The notes under the pieces were generated by a model, which had not been told where the DNA came from, did not search any database, and saw only the letters and a program-made list of their open reading frames with translations. A stretch of 64,000 bases of DNA, from positions 5,124-69,123 of the IMG/VR virus record IMGVR_UViG_3300013800_000007; one strand, given 5' to 3'. Shown piece by piece: positions 1 through 6,668 of this stretch (within the stretch, counting starts at the first letter, position 1; each line of letters starts with the position of its first letter). This stretch comes from a virus. Taxonomy: Duplodnaviria > Caudoviricetes. Both the position numbers and the translations under genes were made by a program.

Positions 1-461
1 CGTGCAGTCCCGAATTCAGACTCGACGGTCGCGCCCGGGTGCCGTTCGCGTGCCACCTCCTCCGCTTGCGACCGTGACGGGGCACGTGTGAAATATGAGA
101 CCTCGCCGCATTCGGACTCGACTTGCCACAGCGGCTCACCAATGCCCCAATATGCCCCGCCGCTATCATAGCCGCCGGAGTCAATGGTGACCGCTGAGAC
201 CGTGAGTCGTGGCGACTCGATGCCGCGCCCGTAATTGTTGCGCCTTCCCATTGGCGCGCCATATTTGCTCGAAACCTCAGGCAATTTAGACATTGGTCGC
301 CCTCCCTTTGCGCTTCAATATTTCGATTGCAAGCGACTGCAGGTCGCCCGGTTGCGTGTTGCTGACTAAGCGGTGCGCCGCTCGCCTAGCCTCAGGCATC
401 GGCCAATGCCGCGACCTCAGGCGATTGACGCAATCGTCAAAAACTACCTGCTGAATCAACG

Positions 462-635
462 TCACTTGCCCGCCTCCTCTAAATAGCGTTGTGCGTTTAC
501 AATCTCTGCCCGGACAATCGCCAACGGATGCGGCGTGAGGTTGGACTCGGCGTGCGGTGCCATTGCGAGCACGCGCAGGGCGTTTTCCAGATTGACGCGG
601 GCTTGCTCGATTGGCGAGCGCTGCAGTCCGCGCAT
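462..635 (-). CDS. hypothetical early protein
   Basis: ORF MRGLQRSPIEQ..., part of the leftward small-gene array; start moved to the internal ATG after the intergenic motif. Confidence 0.6.
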   Translation of the reverse strand: MRGLQRSPIEQARVNLENALRVLAMAPHAESNLTPHPLAIVRAEIVNAQRYLEEAGK

Positions 636-664
636 TGCGCCGCGTCGCGGTGTGTTGTTATTTG

Positions 665-874
665 TCAATGTCGACTCCATCGTTTGACGAGTCGGCGCAT
701 TTCGCGCCTATCGTGGTCGGTGTAGTGTGAGCCATGAGCCACGACTCCCGCCGCAACGCATGCCGGGTCAGATTGCGGCACCCATAGGCAAGGCGGATTG
801 ACCGCGCGAGTCTCGAATGTCGCTGAAATGTAAGCAGCTATAATGCCAGCTGCTAGCAACGCTGAACGCAACAC
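665..874 (-). CDS. hypothetical small exported/membrane protein
   Basis: GTG start after GAGGAG; hydrophobic N-terminus LRSALLAAGIIAAYISA. Confidence 0.55.
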   Translation of the reverse strand: MLRSALLAAGIIAAYISATFETRAVNPPCLWVPQSDPACVAAGVVAHGSHYTDHDRREMRRLVKRWSRH

Positions 875-885
875 GGGGCGACTCC

Positions 886-1350
886 TCAATCCAGATACTT
901 CGCCATGACATAGCCGCCGATATCGCCGCGAGTTTGCGTTCGGTCTGCTTCCCATCCGTCAAAGGACATGGGGCCGTCAGGCTCTAGCTGTAGCGTCTCG
1001 ACAATGTCGGAGTCGCCATAGCCATATGCGAGCATCGCGCGCCACACTTCGGCCTTGCGTCGCTCTTTGCTGCTGCATTCGCGGCGGAGGGTTGAATAGG
1101 TCCAGCCGAAAACCGCCAAGGCAGAGCGAATGCGTTTTTTCGCTTCGCTCAGTTGGCGCACGTAGAGTCCGACGCTCTTGCGTTCAATCATTACAGCGCC
1201 ATGAAATCCCACGGCCGAGTCGAGGTCTGTAATCTCGATTGCTTCGGCGTAGTCGCCGCAGTGCTTGATCCAAATCCCGCCGTGCTCTGCGTTGATATCG
1301 CCGAAATAGAGCCATTCGGAGTTGCCGCTATAATCCACATTCTTGCGCAT
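886..1350 (-). CDS. hypothetical early protein
   Basis: AGAGGAGG RBS before ATG; MRKNVDYSGNSEW... Confidence 0.75.
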   Translation of the reverse strand: MRKNVDYSGNSEWLYFGDINAEHGGIWIKHCGDYAEAIEITDLDSAVGFHGAVMIERKSVGLYVRQLSEAKKRIRSALAVFGWTYSTLRRECSSKERRKAEVWRAMLAYGYGDSDIVETLQLEPDGPMSFDGWEADRTQTRGDIGGYVMAKYLD

Positions 1351-1379
1351 TGTCTCGCCTCCTCTAGCGTTGTTTGTTG

Positions 1380-1511
1380 TCAGTGTTCGCGGCGCGATTT
1401 GTCGCGACGCTTGCGGTTGATGCGATCGGCGCGCCTGTTTTTGCTGCCATGGCGCGAGTCGACCATTGCGGCCCATGCATCGAATTCCGGGGAGTCGTGG
1501 TGGCGTTTCAT
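1380..1511 (-). CDS. hypothetical 43-aa protein (not in ORF track)
   Basis: MKRHHDSPEFDAWAAM...; ATG overlaps the upstream stop (ATGA); AAAGGA RBS. Confidence 0.5.
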   Translation of the reverse strand: MKRHHDSPEFDAWAAMVDSRHGSKNRRADRINRKRRDKSRREH

Positions 1512-1714
1512 GTTCCTAATCCTTTGTGCTTGCGGACCTCTTGAGTCGTGGCGAGTCGTGCCGCGACGAGTTTAAGCCATTTGCCGCGCAATGCGGGCGA
1601 CGACTCCGCCGCGCGTTGCGCTTCCTGCACAGTGCGACCGCTTGCCATTCGGCGAATATGCAAACCGGTAACGTCGTCGCGGAATAGCAGGCGATAGTAG
1701 ACGCGGGGAGGCAT
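1508..1714 (-). CDS. hypothetical early protein
   Basis: Start overlaps the stop of the upstream gene; translationally coupled array. Confidence 0.6.
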   Translation of the reverse strand: MPPRVYYRLLFRDDVTGLHIRRMASGRTVQEAQRAAESSPALRGKWLKLVAARLATTQEVRKHKGLGT

Positions 1715-2169
1715 TACACGCCCCTGCTACGTGGTAGGAATTCGCGCGCGCGTTTGATTGCTTCGCTAACCATGCCGGGGAAGTAGTGGCAAATGGTGCA
1801 ATTTTCGCCGTGCCTCGCGCGGAATGCCGTGCAATTGCGATTCATCGGATCGGAACTGCGATGCGCGGTCCAGAATTCCGAATAATCGTCGATCGAATAG
1901 ACCGACCCGCAAAGGGAGTCGCGGCCGATCTCCAACTCGTCGCCGTTGTCGTTAACGATGTAAACGACAACGCTAGAGTCGAAAGCGACATACTCGCCCG
2001 AGTCCAGCTTAGATTGCGTTTCGCCGTCTTCGTCGTCGCCGTCATATTGATAGCCGTGGTCGCGATCCAGCTCCAAAGCGACACGGAGTCGAGCTGTCCG
2101 GAATTCCCATACAGTGTCGCCGTAGAACGGCTTGCGGCGTGGCTTGCGTGCCGTGGTGGTCTTTGCCAT
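1714..2169 (-). CDS. hypothetical early protein
   Basis: AAAAGGA RBS; MAKTTTARKPRRKPFYGDTVWEF... Confidence 0.75.
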   Translation of the reverse strand: MAKTTTARKPRRKPFYGDTVWEFRTARLRVALELDRDHGYQYDGDDEDGETQSKLDSGEYVAFDSSVVVYIVNDNGDELEIGRDSLCGSVYSIDDYSEFWTAHRSSDPMNRNCTAFRARHGENCTICHYFPGMVSEAIKRAREFLPRSRGV

Positions 2170-2198
2170 TGTCGTGAGTCCTTTTGCGTGGTTGATTG

Positions 2199-2411
2199 TC
2201 AATCTGTTAGAAACGCTTTGCACATTGCTTCGCGAATGTCGGAGTCCTGCTCGTCCGCGAAGTGATAGCGCCACGCGATTGCCTGTTGACCAACTAGACG
2301 CTTGCCGCGCAATTGACGCTTGCCCGGTCGTTTACGCTCGACAACTAAACTTCCGTCCGGCAGTGCGCACGCGCTGTAGTGGCGGCCGTCATGTAGGATG
2401 CGAGTTTTCAT
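2199..2411 (-). CDS. hypothetical early protein
   Basis: AAAGGA RBS; MKTRILHDGRHY... Confidence 0.65.
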   Translation of the reverse strand: MKTRILHDGRHYSACALPDGSLVVERKRPGKRQLRGKRLVGQQAIAWRYHFADEQDSDIREAMCKAFLTD

Positions 2412-2447
2412 GGCGCGATTCCTTTGTGCGTTGTGGTCTGTCAATGC

Positions 2448-2831
2448 TTAGCGCGTGATCGTTTCGCTTAGCCAGGCGTGAAACACCTCGCCAATGTAGT
2501 CTTTAATATCGTTTCGATTGCGCCCCGTGACTCGAGTGTCAAAGCCGTTGAAAGCCGGGGTAACAATCACGTTGTGTTCGGTCCAACCATCATACATGCC
2601 GGACTCGTGCATATGGTGAAAGCACGTCCTAAAGATGAGTTTTTTCTCGGTCCATTCTACAAGCTTTGTTCCCGCGTCAAAGCCTGAGCCAGAAGGCGCG
2701 GATTCCATCAATTCAGCGATGGAGTCGGCGTGCTTGCCGCGCCATTCATAGTTGCTCGATGCTTCACAATTGCGGATTGCCTGTAAATAGTGAGCAAACC
2801 ACTGGAGTCGCGTTTTGATTTGCAGAGTCAT
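2448..2831 (-). CDS. hypothetical early protein
   Basis: AAAGGA RBS; MTLQIKTRLQWFAHY... Confidence 0.75.
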   Translation of the reverse strand: MTLQIKTRLQWFAHYLQAIRNCEASSNYEWRGKHADSIAELMESAPSGSGFDAGTKLVEWTEKKLIFRTCFHHMHESGMYDGWTEHNVIVTPAFNGFDTRVTGRNRNDIKDYIGEVFHAWLSETITR

Positions 2832-2947
2832 TGATCGAGTCCTTTGTTGAGGTTGCGGCAAACGCAGAACGAAAACTGAATGCGGCCAATTCGCAGGAAG
2901 CGGATTCCGCCAACCTTGAAGGCGCGAATGCTGAATGATGCGAGCAT
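2828..2947 (-). CDS. hypothetical 39-aa protein, first gene of the early array (not in ORF track)
   Basis: MLASFSIRAFKVGGIRFLRIGRIQFSFCV...; AAGGA RBS; stop overlaps the next ATG. Confidence 0.55.
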   Translation of the reverse strand: MLASFSIRAFKVGGIRFLRIGRIQFSFCVCRNLNKGLDQ

Positions 2948-3722
2948 GTTCGAGTCCTTGTTCGCTTGCTTGTGAATTCACAATGCACCGAGTCGCATTG
3001 CCAAACAATTAAAATATTGACGGTCAACCACATTATTCGCGACACCTCACAATGCGCGCTGCGACACTCTATAAATAGGCCACGCCGAGACTGCAGTCTG
3101 CACGTCTCGCATTAGTCGACTCCCGACTCGGCGTGTTGTTGGGCGTTCCAGCCCGATATTTAACCGATTGGTTGAACGTTGACTCGGTCAACTATTGCCG
3201 TTGTAATTGCAAGTCGACGCGGCGGCGTGGTCGACTCTCATGTTGTATTGTCAATTTTCCATAAGATTTATTCTGCGAATGGAAAGGAGCAAGCATTTCA
3301 AGCGTTTGCCTCCTCCCCCGCATTGTCGCGTGTCAGTGCATGGTCATACCAATAACCAATGTCGAGATCAGCCAATAATGTGGCGCGAATGTCGCATATG
3401 TTGGTACGCATCATGCTCTATTGCACTGACTGCAGCGCATAAAGCACGCACAAACATAGAACAAGCTGGCAACTGGGGCGTCGAGGGACCCGTTGCGTCT
3501 ACAGTTGTAGCTGCGGCCGGCCGGGGGAGTTGCATATGCGAAAGGAAACCTCGGCGTCGGCGCAACGAATGCATTTGCTAGTCGCGGGCGCACACGCCGA
3601 TAGAAATTTCAGGGGGTAGGGGGGACCCGCCGCGGATCCTGCCTCCTCCTCCGCACCCCCCCTCCCCTTCGCGAAAAGGGGACCCAAAAGGATCCCCCGG
3701 CAGAGGAGGTTGACCCAGTACC

Positions 3723-3751
3723 TTGACAGTTCACAACGTCGCAGGTATAGA
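3723..3751 (+). promoter_or_regulatory. sigma70-type promoter, start of the rightward operon
   Basis: TTGACA-17 bp-TATAGA. Confidence 0.75.
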
Positions 3752-3817
3752 TGTTGAGAGTTGTCAATCTGTTCTCGAGTGCCCATATCGCTCTCGAGGT
3801 CTGTGGTGAGGTTCCTG

Positions 3818-5014
3818 GTGGCGGATTTGTTGTTCTGGCTCTGGCCGATTTGTAGCGTACTCGCCACGGCGGCTTATGCTGTCTGGCAGCGCCGGCAGAT
3901 GGAGCTCATCAAGGACAAGCTGGCTGACTGCGAGAGGAAGGCCGCCGCCAACGAGTATTGGTGCGGCGCTGTCGACCGACGAGCAAGCGACCTGGCCGAC
4001 GTCGCCAAGGTCGCCGCCGAGCGCATTGCCGCCCTCCAATCCGCAGAACCGACCGGCCACGTGTCGCGCGCCGAGCTCCACAACGAGATCTCGCACATCG
4101 CCCAGGCCATCCTTTCGCTGAACAAGCGAACAATCGACATCGGCAAGAGCGCCGACGAGGCTAACGCCGCAGCCATGAAGTACGTCGGTGACGCAGTAAA
4201 CAATTTGTCTGAGGATATCAGCGGAGTTGACGATAAGGTGGAGGCCGCGCTCAAGGCTGCTCACACCGAGTCGTCTCTTTTTCGTGCCGCCGTTGCCGCC
4301 ATTGAGACCGAGACGACGAGGATCTCAAATGTTGTGATCGGCGCCTCCAAGAACGCCAAGGTGGCGGTCGACTTGCTCGAAAGCATGAATGTGGAGCTTC
4401 GGGAAACGTCTGCCCGGGCAACCACCCTGCGGACAGACCTTGATCGCTTCACGAGTGACTCTACGACGGCCTACCAGGCCCTCGAGAGCGACCTGGGTGA
4501 GATCGTGGCGGCTGTGCAATCCTACGGCGACCGCCTGGATGGCACGGACGTCAGCATTGGGACCCTGTTCTCGCGAGCCGACGAGGCGCTCAGCAACTCC
4601 GCCAGGGTTGCCACACGCATGTCTGATCTTACCAGCCGGGTTGATGGGATCGACGAGACCATAGACGAGCTGGACGACTGCCTCACCAAGCTCGAGGATC
4701 AAACCGTTCCCGACGTCGCTGAGCAGGTTGGCGCGCTACGTCAGAGGCAGAACGACCTCCTGAACGCCACCATGACCGACTACGCATCAATTTCAAAGCG
4801 GGTCGACCAGCTTTCCACTCACCCAAGCGGCTCCGATCTTCGTGAGCTCATCCTGTCGTCGAACCAGCAGCAGGCAGCCGAGACCAATCGTATCGCCATG
4901 GAGCTGGGGAAGGCCATAGATCAAATGGCGGCCCGCCTCGCCAAGCTGTCCAAGGCGCGGACACGCTTCGTTCAGCGTCCAGCGCCTCGCCAAATTGAGG
5001 CAGCTGCCCAGTGA
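3818..5014 (+). CDS. membrane-anchored long coiled-coil protein
   Basis: N-terminal hydrophobic segment LLFWLWPICSVLATAAYAVW followed by ~350 aa of heptad-like sequence; GTG start after GAGG. Confidence 0.75.
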   Translation: MADLLFWLWPICSVLATAAYAVWQRRQMELIKDKLADCERKAAANEYWCGAVDRRASDLADVAKVAAERIAALQSAEPTGHVSRAELHNEISHIAQAILSLNKRTIDIGKSADEANAAAMKYVGDAVNNLSEDISGVDDKVEAALKAAHTESSLFRAAVAAIETETTRISNVVIGASKNAKVAVDLLESMNVELRETSARATTLRTDLDRFTSDSTTAYQALESDLGEIVAAVQSYGDRLDGTDVSIGTLFSRADEALSNSARVATRMSDLTSRVDGIDETIDELDDCLTKLEDQTVPDVAEQVGALRQRQNDLLNATMTDYASISKRVDQLSTHPSGSDLRELILSSNQQQAAETNRIAMELGKAIDQMAARLAKLSKARTRFVQRPAPRQIEAAAQ

Positions 5015-5226
5015 GCGTCCTGCTTGAATCCTGGCGGCTAGGAATAGTCGCCTCGGTCAAAAACCGCATCATGCCGCGTGTCGCCGCCAAGTGGCTCGCA
5101 TCGTTCCACACGCCGGCCATTCGGTGCTGTGGGGAGGAAGTCCCGGAAATACTCGAGGTCGGCGCCCGCGACTTTCGAGCCCAGTGCTCGCGTTGCAAAA
5201 AGACCTGGAGGGTTATCGATGTCTGA
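5011..5226 (+). CDS. small Cys-rich (putative Zn-binding) protein
   Basis: CC and CSRC motifs; overlaps both neighbours. Confidence 0.55.
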   Translation: MSVLLESWRLGIVASVKNRIMPRVAAKWLASFHTPAIRCCGEEVPEILEVGARDFRAQCSRCKKTWRVIDV

Positions 5227-5485
5227 GAAAACGAATTGTGACTCCTGTGCTCTCGGTCTGCCGGTCGGCGGACTCAACGTCTGCACCATCAAGCCGAAAG
5301 GTAAGCGCGTGATGAAACTCACCGACGTCTGCTCCAAGTGGAAGCACTGGAGCGAGATGTTCAAGGTTGTGCCGATCAGGGCGAAGCCCATCAAGCGCAA
5401 GCCCAGCGCGCCGAAGACCGTCAAGGAGCGGTCGCAGTTCAATCGCAACTACGTCCCGCACACCAAGAAAAAGGTGGCGGCATGA
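5219..5485 (+). CDS. small Cys-rich basic protein
   Basis: CDSC...CT...CSKW motifs. Confidence 0.6.
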   Translation: MSEKTNCDSCALGLPVGGLNVCTIKPKGKRVMKLTDVCSKWKHWSEMFKVVPIRAKPIKRKPSAPKTVKERSQFNRNYVPHTKKKVAA

Positions 5486-5518
5486 GCACGTCTTACGAGC
5501 CATTGATGAGGCCGCGCC

Positions 5519-5794
5519 ATGACCGCTGATGCTCAGCGCCTTTTTCACCCAGACGGCTTTTATTCCAATGTGAAATGGGTCGTGCGTATTCGTGACTGGA
5601 ACAAGGTAAGGCCAGATCGTTACGTGTGTGACGATGGCATACTGGTCGAGCTCAGAAGTTACAGTAACGCCGCCACATTGGCTGCCAAGGTCGCGGGCCG
5701 CATCGGCTACTTGCGGGTCTCTGATCCGCTATCAACTGACGATGTTCAGGTCATCGCCCGCGTCCCCTATCGCCGCGGAGAGACACGCCCATGA
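5519..5794 (+). CDS. hypothetical protein
   Basis: In-operon ORF whose stop overlaps the next start. Confidence 0.55.
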   Translation: MTADAQRLFHPDGFYSNVKWVVRIRDWNKVRPDRYVCDDGILVELRSYSNAATLAAKVAGRIGYLRVSDPLSTDDVQVIARVPYRRGETRP

Positions 5795-6132
5795 GCAGCT
5801 CCGAAGTAGACGAGCTTGTGAATGCCGTCCTGAGCGTCCAACGCGCCACCGCCCGCCTGGGCTGGCGCTTTTGCTCGACCATCACGATGACCGTCGAGTT
5901 CTCCAGCGTCAACGACCTGTACAGCGCCGTAAAGCTGCTGATGGACAAGCTGGACAACCCAGCGCGCAGCCACCACCCTTTCAGCCACCCGCACCCCGAC
6001 GTCATCGCCGTCGACCTGCTTGGCGCCACTCTGCACCTCAAGTGCAATCAGCGCTACGCCTCGAAGGACGGCCCCTACACGGCCGCCGAAGCCGTCAAAG
6101 AGACCGTCAAGCGCCTCAAGGAGGGCAAATGA
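5791..6132 (+). CDS. hypothetical protein
   Basis: GGAG RBS, phage-typical codon usage, ATGA overlaps. Confidence 0.7.
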   Translation: MSSSEVDELVNAVLSVQRATARLGWRFCSTITMTVEFSSVNDLYSAVKLLMDKLDNPARSHHPFSHPHPDVIAVDLLGATLHLKCNQRYASKDGPYTAAEAVKETVKRLKEGK

Positions 6133-6668
6133 GCGAATACTCCGGCCTCGCCCGCAAGCTCCTCCGCTACCGCACGGCGCTCGACGACAGCGGCCAGAAG
6201 GTCGCCAAGCTCGAGTTCTCGAACACGGGCAAGGAGGACCTCGAAAAGCTCCTACTCGTCGGCTCCTCCGCGGAGGAGATCTGCGACTTTTTCATTCTCG
6301 ACCTCGACGACTACAACAAGCTGATCGCCAAGGGCGGACAGGTTCACGAGTTGCATAGATACGCAACAGCACAATATAAGCGGATGCTGCGCGAGAACCA
6401 GCTCAAGTTATCCGGCAAGAACGCCGCCATGGGCCGCCACCTTGGCGCCCACGGCCTCGGACAGCCGAAGGACCCAGCGCCGAAGATCGACGAGAACAAG
6501 CCGACTCCGGTCATTGGCACGATGCCAGACTACGGCGCCTCCAGCGACGAGTGGAAAGAGAAGTTCGTTCCTAAGAACCGCGACACCGGCGACACGATCG
6601 AGAAGATCCGCCGCATGACCGGCGCCAACAAAGAAGATCCACCACCATCGCCAGACGAGGACGTCTGA
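6129..6668 (+). CDS. terS: terminase small subunit (putative)
   Basis: Directly upstream of TerL; HTH-like segment then KRMLRENQLKLSGKNAAMGRHLGAHGLGQ, resembling the TerS motif N-x-x-M-x-x-x-L-G-x-x-x-L-G-Q; true start at 6129 inside the track ORF 5628..6668. Confidence 0.7.
   Translation: MSEYSGLARKLLRYRTALDDSGQKVAKLEFSNTGKEDLEKLLLVGSSAEEICDFFILDLDDYNKLIAKGGQVHELHRYATAQYKRMLRENQLKLSGKNAAMGRHLGAHGLGQPKDPAPKIDENKPTPVIGTMPDYGASSDEWKEKFVPKNRDTGDTIEKIRRMTGANKEDPPPSPDEDV

Noticed and set aside
3001-3300. CtrA boxes (TTAA-N7-TTAA) in the early control region
   Set aside because: Only isolated TTAA half-sites at the wrong spacing were seen here and at 58946-58965 and 63630.
5628-6128. N-terminal half of the 346-aa track ORF 5628..6668
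   Set aside because: Overlaps two better-supported ORFs in other frames; the real TerS start is the ATG at 6129 after GAGG.
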